From: Lama glama
Lineage: Eukaryota
DNA length: 64,000 bases
Direction of reading: 5' to 3'
Assembly (NCBI GenBank): GCA_028534125.1
Contig: CM052816.1
Span: 54,314,001-54,378,000, forward strand
Shown here: positions 14,513-26,268 of the stretch, one piece after another
How positions within the stretch are numbered: the first letter of the stretch is position 1
Layout: each line of letters starts with the position of its first letter
The notes under the pieces: generated by a model
Database searches by the model: none
The model's input: the letters and a program-made list of their open reading frames with translations, nothing else
What the model was told of the DNA's origin: nothing
Made by a program: the position numbers and the translations under genes

Positions 14513-15053
14513 AAAAATGCAGAGTTTTAATAAAAAGCTAATAGATACATAAAACAGCATTTTAAAAATTGTCCAAATAATCTAAAAGAAGTCCTGCATA
14601 AAGTAACAAAGTAGTAAACTGATAAGGATTAAAAGGAGGAGACAAGCCCACACTCTCTCAGCACTTGTGAGAACTAGAAAAAATTAGTAAAAACACAGAA
14701 GAAGAAATTAGTAAAAACACACAAAGATCACCACTTTGATCTAACTGGCATTTGTAGAACACTGCCCAACAACAAAAGAATACACATTCTTTCAAATGAA
14801 CTTGAAATGTTGACTAAGATGGACCTTAATCTGACCATAAAAACAAGTTGCAAAAAATTTAAATGAATTCAAATCACACAAAGTATGTTCTCTGACCACA
14901 TGGAGATAAATTAAATACCAGCAACAGAAAGGTATCTGTAAAATCCTCAAATACTTGGACACTAAAAAACACACGTCTAAGTAGCCCATGGATCAAGGAA
15001 GGACTCAGAAGGGAAACAGGAAAGTATTTCTAACTGAATGAAATGAGAACACG

Positions 15054-15535
15054 TAGTACAGGAAAGAGTTTAGAGAGCAGGCCTGAGGTTTCACTCTTCA
15101 GAAGAGTCTGTGTTCAGGGTTGGCCAGTGCCTGGTGTCTGCAGATTTGACTTCTGGAATGTTCCCTACAATGGTAAGACTGTTTAGCCCATTTGAGGTAC
15201 TGACCCCTGCTTTCCTTCTGGGAGATGGGCATTTTGATATTTGTGGCTGGTTCTTGTGCCCGTGAGACCAGCTTTCAATAAAAACCTCGGACCTTGAGGA
15301 CGCAGGTGAAAATACTGCACACACATTACTGCGGTTCTGCTGCTCCGCAAGGGAGCCTGTTCCGTGTGGCGTCGTCTGGGGAAAGGAAGGCAGGAACCCT
15401 GGGAGCCTGTGCCCGTTTCCTTCCTCTCTGCTTGATCTCTTTTCACTTTTACGGTTGTTGCAATAAAACTATAGCCCTGATTACAACTGCCTCCAAGTCC
15501 CTGAGTCTTTCCAGTGAATCTCCAAACATACATCC
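15054..15535 (+). mobile_element. Solo LTR, MER68/MER77/MER21-like
   Basis: Starts 'ggaaagagtttagagagcaggcctgag', has internal aataaa, and ends 'gagtctttccagtgaatctccaaac'; interrupts collinear L1M. Confidence 0.7.
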
Positions 15536-16396
15536 TCCTAAACAACCTATCAAAATTTGGGGTACAATTAAAGCAATACTTAGAGGACAATTTATAGCAG
15601 TAAATATTTATGTTAGAAAAAAAACCCCTCAGTTTTAATTTAAAAAACTAGAAAAAGAACAGCAAGTAAACCCAAAGTAAGCAGAAGAAAGGAAATAATA
15701 AAGATCAAAGCAGCAATCAATAAAACAGAACACACACAAAAATAGATAAAATCAGTGAAATCAAAAGTTTCAGGTCCAGATAAGGAATTGTATGAAAGTT
15801 TTAAGGAACAAAAAATGTCAATTATCAAATTCCAGAAAAACAAAGAAGAGGAAATATTTCCCCACTTATTCTATGAGGCCAACACTAGTTCCAAAACTAG
15901 ACAGAGACATTACAAAAAAAGAAAATTAGAGACTAATATCCCACATGAACATAGATGAAAAAATTCTTTATATTATAGTAAATCCAATCTAGAAATGTGT
16001 GAGAAAGATAATAGATCACATGAGGTTTATCCCAAGAAATGAAGGTTGACTAAACATTTGAAAATCAATATAATCAACTGTATTAACAGACCAAATGAGA
16101 AAAAAATTATTTCAATAGTTTTTTTTTTGAAAAAGCACTTGACAAAATCCAATATCCACTCCTAATTAAAAAAAAAAAAACTCTCAGCCAACCAAGAATA
16201 AAAAGAAACTTCCTTGACCTAGAGTTATATATAGGAAACCTATAGTTAGCATCATATCTAATGGTCAAAGAATGAATGCTTCCCCCCCGAATCAGGAACA
16301 AGGCAAAAATGTCTGCTTTATCACTTCTATTCAACACTGTAATGAGGGCTCCATTCAGTGCTGTAAGGGAAGAAAAAAAAAATGAAATGTATCCAG

Positions 16397-17675
16397 AACA
16401 CTCTTTGACATAAGTTGCAGCAATATTTTTTTAGACATGTCTGCTCAGGCAAAGAAAACAAAAGCAAAAATAAGCAAATGGGACCTCATTAAACTTAAAA
16501 GTTTTGCACAGGAAAAAATATCAACAGAATGAGAAAACAACCTACTGAATGGGAGAAAATAATTGCAAATGACATGACTGATAAGGGGTTAATATCCAAA
16601 GTATATAGACAGCTCATACAACTTCATACCAAAAAAACAAACGACCAATTAAAAAAAGGGAGGAAGACCTGAAAAGATATTTTTCCAAAGAAGATATACA
16701 GATGGTCAACTACCACATGAATAGATGTTCAACATCACTAATCAATAGAGAAATGCAAATCAAAACCACGAGATATCACTTCAGATCTATTAGAAAGTTT
16801 ATCAACAAAAAGTCTACAAATAACAAATGTTGATGAGGATGTGGAGAAAAGGGGATCCTAGCGCACTGTTGGTAGGAATGTAAACTGGTGCAGCCACTAT
16901 GGAAAATAGTATGGGGATTCCTCAGAAAATTAAAAATAGAACTACCATTGATCCAGCAATTCCACTCTTGGGTATTTATCCAAAGAAAATGAAAACACTA
17001 ATTCGAAAATATACAGACACTCCAATGTTCACAGCAGCATTATTTACAATAGCCAAGATATGGGAGCTACCTAAGTGTCCATCAACAGATAAAGAAAATG
17101 TGGTACATATATATGAATGGAATATTACTCAGCCATAAAAAGAATGAAATTCTGCCAATTGTAACAATGTGGATGGACCTGGAGGGTATTATGCTTAGTG
17201 AAATAAGTCAGACAGAGAAAGACAAATACTGTATGTAATTACGTATGTGTGGAATCTAAAAAATAAAACAAACAAATATAACAAAACAGAAACAGACTCA
17301 GATCTAGAGATCAAACTAGAATATAAAAATATATGTATGTATAACTGAATCACTATGCTGCACATCAGAAATTAATACAACAGTGTAAACTGATTATACT
17401 TCAGTAAAAATATAACAATGGAGATCAAACTAATGGTTACCCATAGGGAGAGGAATTGGGGAGGGGCATGATAGGGGTAGGGGATTTAGAAGTACAAACT
17501 TCCAGGTATAAAATAAGTAAGACGCAAGGCTATGTTGTATAGCACAGGGAATAGAGCCAATGTTTTACAATAGCTTTAAATAGAGTATAACCTATAAAAA
17601 TATTGAATTACCATGCTGTAACATCTGAAATTAACACAATACTGTAAATCAACTATACTTTATATTTAAAAAAAG
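16397..17675 (+). mobile_element. 5'-truncated L1 nested in older L1M
   Basis: 17 bp TSD aaatgaaa[t/g]gtatccag at 16380-16396 and 17676-17692 (one mismatch). Confidence 0.9.
17319..17420 (+). mobile_element. Short L1 3' tail nested in the 3' UTR of the 16397-17675 L1
   Basis: 12 bp TSD gagatcaaacta at 17307-17318 and 17421-17432. Confidence 0.85.
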
Positions 17676-19181
17676 AAATGAAAGGTATCCAGTTTGGAAA
17701 CAAAGTAGTAAACCTGTCTTTTTTTAGCAGATGATATCATTGTCTATTTGGAAAATCTGATGGAATCCATAAAAAAGCTGCTAAAATAACGAATGTAGGA
17801 ATGGTGCAGGAGAGAAAATCACTACAGAGAAATCAGTTGTACTTGTATATAACAACAGTGAGCAATCAGAAACTGAAATGAAGAGAATAGTACTTAAACA
17901 GCTTCCAATAATATGAAATAATTTTAAATAAGTCTGAAAAATGATAGATAAGCCCTGTACACTGAAAACTACAAAACAGAATTGAGATAAATTAAAGATA
18001 ACCTAAGTAAATGCAGAGCTAGACCGTATTAATGGATCACAAAACCCAATACTGTGAAGATGACAATTTTTGCCAAATGTTGGGTTGTCATCTTAATCAT
18101 AATTTCAGCAGGCTTTTTTGTGGAAGTTGGCAAGCTGATTCCAAAATGTACACAGAAATAAAAAGACTAGAATAAAAAATGTTAAAAAAAAAGACTAGAA
18201 AAGCCAAAACAATTTGGAAAAAGAACACAGTTTGAGGATTGACAGTACCCAATTTCAAGACTTATAAAGCTACAGTAACCACGACTGCATTGAGATGGAC
18301 AGATAGATCAACGGAACAGAATACAGCCTCCAGCAAGAGAACCACACATAAATGGTCAACTGGTTTTTGACAAAGATGTAAAGGCAGTTCAGTGAAAAAA
18401 GGACAGTCTTCTCATTAAGTGGAGCTGGAACAACTGGCTATCCAAATGCCAAAAAACCCTTTCACCCACATCTCACTCTGCATACAAAAATAAACTCAAG
18501 ATGGAGCATGGACCTAAATATAATAGGAATAACTATCATCTTGTAAAAGTAAACATGGGAGAAAATCTCTGTGATCCTGGGTCACCAAAGGTTTCTCAGA
18601 TGTAACAACTAAGGCATGATCCACAAAACATGGATAAACTGGACTTCACAGAACCTCTCCACTTTGGAAAACATTGTTAAAAGAATAAGACAAGCCACAG
18701 ACAGGGACAAAATATTTGCACATATCTGATAAAAGACGTTTCTCCAGAATATATATGAAGAACTATCAAAATTCAACATTAAGGAAACACACAACTCAAT
18801 TCAGAACTGAGTGAACCATGTGAACCTACAGTTCACCAACGAAGATATACAAGTGATGGCCAGGATGTGCGCGACTCGAACTCTCATGTTACTTGGTGGT
18901 AATGGAAAATGGTAAAAAAACAAAAAAAAATTATGAAGCAGTTTGAAAGTTCCTTAAAAAGTTTAACATGCACCTACCAAATAATGCAGGAATTTACCAA
19001 AGAGAAATGAAAGTACATGTTCCGTCAATGCCTTTACATGAATGTTCACAGCAACTTTATTTGTAATGGCCAAGTCTGGAAACAACCCAAATGTCCATCG
19101 ACATTTGGATGTTATGAACAAATAAACGAATTGTGGTATAGTTATACAATAGAATACTACTGAGCAATAAAAAGAAATGAA

Positions 19182-19252
19182 CTACTAAAATCCACTGAAC
19201 TGTACACTTTAAATGGACAAATGGTACATTTATATCTCAATAAAGGTGTTAT
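19182..19252 (+). mobile_element. Short L1MB-like 3' tail nested in L1M
   Basis: 16 bp TSD aataaaaagaaatgaa at 19166-19181 and 19253-19268; contains 'actgaactgtacactttaaatgg...tatatctcaataaag'. Confidence 0.75.
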
Positions 19253-19859
19253 AATAAAAAGAAATGAAATTAATAAAGGCTAGGGCACATGTGAATCTCA
19301 AAATCGTTATGCTGAGAGAGAAGCCACAATAGAAGGAGTACTATATATGCTATAATTGTATTTACTCAAAATTCTAGAAACTTAAACCTATTCTAGAGTG
19401 ATCAGTGGTTCCTTGGAAATAGAGGAGGAGGAGGGTCGGGAGGGAAGGAATACAAATGGGCCCAAGGAAATTCTCTCCTCTGCACATCTAACCAGCCAGC
19501 AGAGCCTCAGCCTGCACACCCCACCCGCCTCGCTCCCCTTGTCCAGCAGAGGCCTCCACCTGGTGCCCCATGATCGCCTCCCACTCCATGAATTCATGGG
19601 AGCTCACCCGCCAATGCCCAGCCCATTCATGGGGAGACAGTCTCTGCTCCCCTTTCTGTCTCACCCCGCGATACCTCATCTGGCAGAAAGTATGGGTAAT
19701 TCTTTGGTCAGAACAACTCTTAAGCCTACCTTCTTTTTCACCAGTCTTTAAGACGGGGGCTACCCATGCCCTTCTGTTTTTCTGTTTTAATATATCTGAG
19801 TATTGTCTACTTGACCTAATTAAGCTAAAACACAGCAGAGGGTGTCTTATTCCTTCTGG

Positions 19860-19990
19860 GCAGCTCATCAGGTCCCTCTTCTGTTCCATTGATCTATTTG
19901 TCCATCTCAATGTGGTCATGCCTACTGTAGCTTTATTAAGTCTTGAAATTAAGTACTGTAAATCCTCAAGTAACCCAAGATTATAAATAT
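19860..19990 (-). mobile_element. Ancient L1M ORF2 fragment, minus strand
   Basis: 'ctgttccattgatctatttgtc...tactgtagctttattaagtcttgaaat' is the reverse complement of a common ORF2 motif. Confidence 0.65.
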
Positions 19991-22900
19991 TTTCTCCCAT
20001 GTTTTCTTTTACAAGGTGATTAACTTGTAAGATATGAGGCTGGTAACTTACGTATGAATAATTTCAGATAACCTAATTTAGTCTGAATGCATCAGTCAGC
20101 TACCTAGCACCATGCAAGGCCCTTCAAGGAAGGAGGAGTCAGGATGGAGAAGACACTGAAAGCTGCTGGAAGTGACAAGTGCAGTGGGCCAGTACCTGAA
20201 CAAGGGCTGAGCTGTGTGCTGTGCCAGGAAGTACAGGGAGGGCCCCGAAAGGCCAGAGGCCACTGTGCAGGGGACATGCAGCAGGAGAAACTGGGTTCCT
20301 AAATCTCCCTTTGATGCCTGTCTGGGACTTGGGAGCCAGGACTAGACAGGGAGCCAAGAAGCTGAGCATTCTTGAGTGGAGGCTCTGGGGACAAAGCACA
20401 TACCATGTCACAGGAGGGGACAAGGGGCCAAGTACTGGGACTTCAGGTCACCTGGACAGAACTTTTAGGCAACAGAGAGCCAGCGGAAGTTTTTGAGATA
20501 GAAATAAGTGATCTGAGCAGCATCTTGGGAAGATGAATCTGGCAGGGGATGCAGGATGGACTGAGCGAGAAGGACCGGCTTTAACTCGGTGCTTCTGGAG
20601 AAAGCGAATGTTCTCTGGGAGAAAGGAGATCTAAGGGACCATCCTGAAATTGCATTTTCTTCTCCAAATGCTGCCACTGAAAATGGGATGCTAAAGGTCA
20701 AGATTTCTCAGGGAATCAAATTATTTTCACACTTGAGGAACCCTATCCTCTCGTCAGGGATTATTACTCACAAAGGCCACGCCAGCTTCAATGGCCCAGC
20801 GCATGAGTTGGAGGTGATAATCACACTCTCGAAGGACAGCCAGGCGAGCAGCTCGTGAATGAAAAGGCGCACGCACAGATGACTCACCTAGGTCTGTGAC
20901 TCAGTGTTGTTACAACCTTAGCAAGATGTAAAACTCCCTGGGCTACCATTGGTATTTCCTGAATCAAAAGTCAAGGGCACTGCCAACAAAACCAGCTGGA
21001 AAGCATGCTTGGGGCCAGAGATGAGTTCGACCACAGAGCGGGTGGCTCTTCTCCACCACCCACTCCACAAGGGCGGCGCCGCTTCGCACCACTGAACCGG
21101 GAGGAATGCTGGCTCACCTTCAGCATCCGTGTAAGGAGGAGATTCCTTCTGAACAAAAGGAGGCAGCTTCTTTTCCTGTCTTTTTACCCCTTGCCTTTTT
21201 AGGAAAGATACTAGTTTTATGTTTTCTTGGGAAACCAAATTTCAACATCCATTCTTCTCTTTAACTTCACAAATAGCAGTCAGTCTTGTCTCAAAAGCAC
21301 TTTTGAAAGGTCCTTTTTCCTAGCACTTTACCTTCCCGCTTCAATAGAAGCTAAGTTAAGAGACCCCAGAGGGCCTGGATTCCCCTGGTCCCCACCAGCT
21401 TCTGTCTCTGGAGGGCCTGCTCTGGGCCCCACCTTGCACACCCTCACTGAAGGGCCCTGGCCGGCCACCAGGAGGCTGCCAGTCAAGAGCAAAGCCCAGA
21501 ACCCTGAAGCCCCCCAGGTACTGATTAGGTATTTTACAGATGCTACAGGTTTAATGCTACTTTAAATTCCTAATCCAGAAAACAATCCTGGCGGGAATGA
21601 CTGATCAAACAGTTCCCTCTGAGTGTGAACTGACTTATCAAAAGATATGGCAACATGCACAGATGCACACCCAGCCAGGAGCCTGCCAGTCGTCAGTGAG
21701 CTGCCGCCACCATGTACAACCCCCACCCCCACCTGCCAACTTGGCCTGGAAGGCTGTGTTTCCGCAGCAGTGAATTCCCCAAGCACAGGTACTGAGGTCC
21801 TCAGGTCCAGAGGAAGAGCTGTGGCCACAGGGAGGGGTAATGATGTGCATTCTAACTGCTCTGAAGCAAAAAGAGGCCCTGCCTGAGCCTGGCCCATCCA
21901 CACAGCTCCCCACCTAGGGCAGCTGTGAGGCCCACCCTGCAGCACACGCTCCTCCCGGGGGCGGGGGGCGAAGGCGCTGTCCCCTCAGCACCATCGTGCC
22001 ATCCAGGGTAGCACCCCTTATACACATGCTGACACGAAACATAGCGCTTCCATGGTAAAGGGCGCAGCCAGTGTGCTGCCTCACCAGGGGCCATGGTGAC
22101 ACAGAAAGAAGACGCGGCGTTTCAGCCCTGAGGAGCCACAAGGACGATGGCTTATTGAAGACAACTTTTTAAAAAATTGACATTCTCATGGCCTAAAGGG
22201 TGCTGGGTGAGTCACATTTAAGTTGAAACAGAAAACTAAATGAATCCCATCCACACCATTAATTCCCCTACCAGATCCCCTAGCCATGAGACAGTGATCT
22301 GGAAGGAAAATGGCAAAGAGAATACTCTCAGCTGAAATGGTAACAAGGCTTGGGATGAAGACTGTGGAATTAATTTTTGTTTCAAGTGTCCCAAGTCTCC
22401 CTATAATCAGGAAGTCAGGTGCCTTCTGCACTGGAGATAGAGAAGATCCTGTGTCTGGGCAATTCTGGGCAGAGGGACACCTGCCCAGAACATCACTCAT
22501 CCATTCTGGAAGCACCCCTGCCCCGGCCCCATGTACCCAGTGCAGGGTCCCCTCCTCACGGAGCCAGCAGGGACAGTGGCTGTCTCGTCAGCCGTCTCTA
22601 GGGCCAGTGCCTGTCCGAGAAGACCTTCCTGCTGACTTGCTGGAGCTCAGAGTCTGTGCTGTGCCCCGTGCTCCCTAGCCCAGATGCAGCCTGTGGACGA
22701 GCACACGCAGGAACCTCCACAGCTACCCAAACCCAAAGGCTTTTCTCCCGCAGGATGCAAACGCTCATTTCACAGACATTCTGTGTGCCCAGGCCCAGGA
22801 GGGACAGATGATGAAGATGTAGCCCCACGCCTGGCAGCTCCACAGTGGCCTGGCCCTGCTTGTGTGAATGACACACAGACCATCCTTTTGTCTGGCTGCT

Positions 22901-23009
22901 GTTTCATGATTCTCTGGTCAAACCACATACCTGTCCCCCTATAAAACATCCAGCAGGAAACTTCTCTAGGTGAACTAACCGGTCACACTGGATCCAGACG
23001 CCTCGGGGG

Positions 23010-23205
23010 CTGGTGGTTCTCAACATTGACAAGTACATTAGAACCCCCTGGGGAGTGCTTAGAAATCCTCACACCCAGTCTATACTCAGGCCCACTCCAT
23101 CAGAGACCGGGGGGTCCAGGCATCACTGTTTCGTTGTTTTGTTTTGTTTTGTTAACTCTCCAGGTAATTCCAACGTGCAGCCGAGGCTGAGAACCGCTGT
23201 GCTAG
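23010..23205. mobile_element. MER5A-like hAT MITE
   Basis: 'tggttctcaac...cattagaaccccctggggag...ccaggtaattccaacgtgcagccgaggctgagaaccgctg'. Confidence 0.75.
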
Positions 23206-24829
23206 TCTAATCTTTCCACATCCCTCCCCATTTAGCACAGGTGCTTACAGGCGCCGGGCACCGCCGTTCCCCAGCGCTGGTGGGCAGCTGTCACATTCCT
23301 CCTGCAGGGATCTCCATGATCGAACAGGGACAGTGTTCCTTACGGATTAACCCTGCTCACCCTCAGCCTGCCTTCCACTTCCTTTGTAACTCCAGGGCCA
23401 GTGCTCTGTGCTTGGGCACTGAAATTCATTATGACAGTTGTAATGATCTGAAACCTTCCGACCAACCTCTCCTAGACTCAAAGCCGTCTGAGAGCAGGTG
23501 GTGGTTTCTGTGCTTCGTACTGTAGTTCTGGTTCATGCTTGGGATGAAAGAACTCAAGCACCCATGGAATGAATGGCATGGCCTGAGACAAGCCCCTCGC
23601 TTCCGCCCCTCCTTCCCCTCTTACCTCGGGTACGTATGTCACACCTCTCAGTCCCCCATCCACAGCTATCTTGTTTGATTAAAATAAAGGGAAAAGTATT
23701 ATTACCCTACTCTTCATACCATGATGCAAAGTTTAGGGATGGGGAGGTCATGAAGAAGACAGGTAAATGTACACTTCCTTCCGTCTCCTGGAGCTGGGCT
23801 CTAACATCCCAACCAGAAACTCACCCTTCACCACACCGGGGTGAGAAGTTGACTGCAAGAGTCAGATTTCTCCAAAATGGGGCAGAGCAAATCTGACAGA
23901 AAACATTCCAAATTCTTCCTCCCTTCTTTTCCCAGCAATGACTCTGGAGAAGACCATATTTACTGGAATTTTGTCCTTAGAAACTATACAAAAAATAAGG
24001 CACCACATCTGTGAAGGTCCAGCAACTGAAATAAAATCCTCAGAGATGAACTCTGCTCTGACTATACTTGAAACAAACCATCTTTTAAGCAAAGGAGCTG
24101 GCAGCACTGGGGCTGGGGATTAAGTCTGATTGGCTGCATACCCCAAAGTATGATGGAAGGGTGAACTCTGAAGCACTGCAGTTAGAACGGACCACACTCA
24201 AAGCACACTACCGCGTGACTGTAACGACCCGGTCCTGGAGCTCTAGCAACTTCAAAAGCAGTGGAAGTGCTGGGCTTCAGCTTTTCCCGAGAGTCCCAAA
24301 GCTCTGCTGTGGACAGTCTGCTCCCTCTCCCTCTTAGCATTCTTCAGGGAGCCCCCAACTTGCCCTGATGTAATGTCCTCTCATGGCACGTCAGCTGCAC
24401 ATATAAACTTGACTTCATCAGTACACGGAGAATGGATTGGGGCAGGGTGCACATGGTATAAAAAATTTACTTTGATCTCACCAACCCTCAGGATGGCTCT
24501 GGACCCTGAAGCACCAAGAGGAGGATGTGGACCATCAGAGGAAGCCAGGCAAAGGCACCAAGGTGAGCAGCTGAGAGTCTGAGCCCAACTTGACCCTCAG
24601 CTCCATCTCCCCTCGTCTACACCACATCAGCAGGGCAGGCCAAGCCCAACCGTTCCTGCCTCTCCGTATCTTCCTGCTTCTGCACGGGATTCTTCTCCAA
24701 GGATAAATTCTATCCCACCTCAGTCAACACCTCCTCCACGAAGTTGTCCCCCAGCTCACCAAGTAAGGGTGGCCTTTCTCTTGTATGACTGCTCATACTA
24801 TGCACTTGTGTTTCTTTTGTAACCGTACT

Positions 24830-25050
24830 GCTAAGTACTCTGGGGTGTGCATCCCTGGTTCTGTCACGTACCACCTACGTGCAACCTGGACAGGTTCCTT
24901 AGCTCATCCAAGCCTCAGGTTCCTCATTTGTAAACTGGGGATCATCATACCCACCTGGAGCTGCTGTGAGGATTACAAGAGTTTCTGTATGAAAAACACC
25001 AGCATAGTAAGGGATACAAAGTGTTCAGTTCACGATACATCTTATTACGT
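24830..25050 (+). mobile_element. MIR SINE
   Basis: 'gcctcaggttcctcatttgtaaactggggatcatcatac...gctgtgaggatta'. Confidence 0.75.
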
Positions 25051-25139
25051 TTGTTAAAACGTAAGATCCTCTACAAGCTCCACTGATGGAAACTGTACTG
25101 AGTGAGCCGAGCAGCATCAGCAGGAGATGGGAGGCAGGC

Positions 25140-25540
25140 CACCGGGACAGGATGAGCACCCCTTGATGAGCGGGGTCTGGTGTGCGAGGTGCTAAATGCA
25201 CTCAGCGGGTGAGAAGAGGGGAGAGTGGCCAGGGGAACAGCACAGAGGACAAACTTGACCTGGGTCAGGGGAGCAAGAGTTCTCCAGGAGGACAGGAGGG
25301 CCTAGGAAGAGCAGGCTGGACAAGAGCAACACCCGGAGGCATGAAAAGGCGTGGTGTGTTTAGGGAACCACAAAGAGCTTGGTGCAGCCGGAGCAAAGTG
25401 GCAGCAAAAGAGGTGGAGATTAAGCAGGAGTGCAGCGGGCTTTGTTTCCTCCTAAGACACCCAACCATTGCTTTTTAGACCCTGAGGAGCCACTGGGGAG
25501 CTCTTTAGAATGTGGACTGTGGACTGGGTGGGCTGATAAC
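25140..25540 (-). mobile_element. L2 fragment, apparently continuing at ~36200-36480
   Basis: Purine-rich L2-antisense motifs: 'gaggagccactggggagct' on the left of the hAT element and 'ggaggcaggggagagcagttaggaggc' on its right. Confidence 0.55.
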
Positions 25541-26268
25541 CCATGGCGTGCTGGCAAAGGTTTAATAACGGGCTTGCTGAAAACTGCACAGACATTCATA
25601 CCTACGTTTATTACAAATTTTACTGATAAAAAGCAGCGGTAAGAAAACTATGGTCCAGGGGCCAGTCTCCTGGTTCTGTAAGTACAATCTTATTAGAACG
25701 CAGCCTTGCCCGTTCACCGACACCCATCGATGGCTGTGTTCCCACCATGGTGCAGAGCTGAGGTGAGCAGGGGCACGAGACTGTAGGGCCTCAGATATTT
25801 ACCATCTGGCCCTTTAAGAAAAAAAATCTCCAACTTTCTATAAAGAAGGTGCAGCACAGTTTCTAAATAATACTAAAATATAAAATACTCTTTATCATAA
25901 ATTCTCCAGTCAATTGATTCTCACAAAATATTTCTGTTGACTTTTTAGTGGCCTAACTATGGTTGCAGCGAATGCATGAGTGGAGTTTCGACCTGAATGT
26001 GAGTTGGTACTTTCATGCGCATTGAGCAATAAGACAAAAGTAAGATAACAGATGTACAGGAGCCCCACTTACTCATCAGTGATGTGAGCAACTGCTGTGC
26101 TGATTCATATAATAGTTTTTGAATACTGGAGGAATATTTCTTCATTTTGGGGGCACTATTCACAATGAAACAGCTACAGATTTTATGTATATTTAAATTT
26201 AATCTGCATAATTAATATTTCCTCTATCACTTTCTTAAGTTTAGAAAATCAACCAAAAAATAAATTCC
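25541..26268. mobile_element. MER63-like (hAT-Blackjack) DNA transposon, left part
   Basis: TIR-like 'ccatggcgtgctggcaaaggtttaataacgggct' pairs with the right end at ~36197. Confidence 0.65.
25645..25840. mobile_element. MER58A-like MITE nested in the MER63-like element
   Basis: 'ttattagaacgcagccttgcccgttc...atatttaccatctggccctttaagaaaa'. Confidence 0.75.

Larger units (their letters stand above)
12620..19475 (+). mobile_element. Old fragmented L1M (inter-ORF spacer, ORF2, 3' UTR) hosting several nested insertions
   Basis: Collinear degenerate ORF2 pieces at 14640-15050, 15545-16396 and 17693-19180, followed by a 3' UTR. Confidence 0.8.

Noticed and set aside
19488..20000. 170 aa minus-strand ORF with an L1-like segment
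   Set aside because: Starts in a decayed L1M fragment and runs into unrelated sequence; not a gene.
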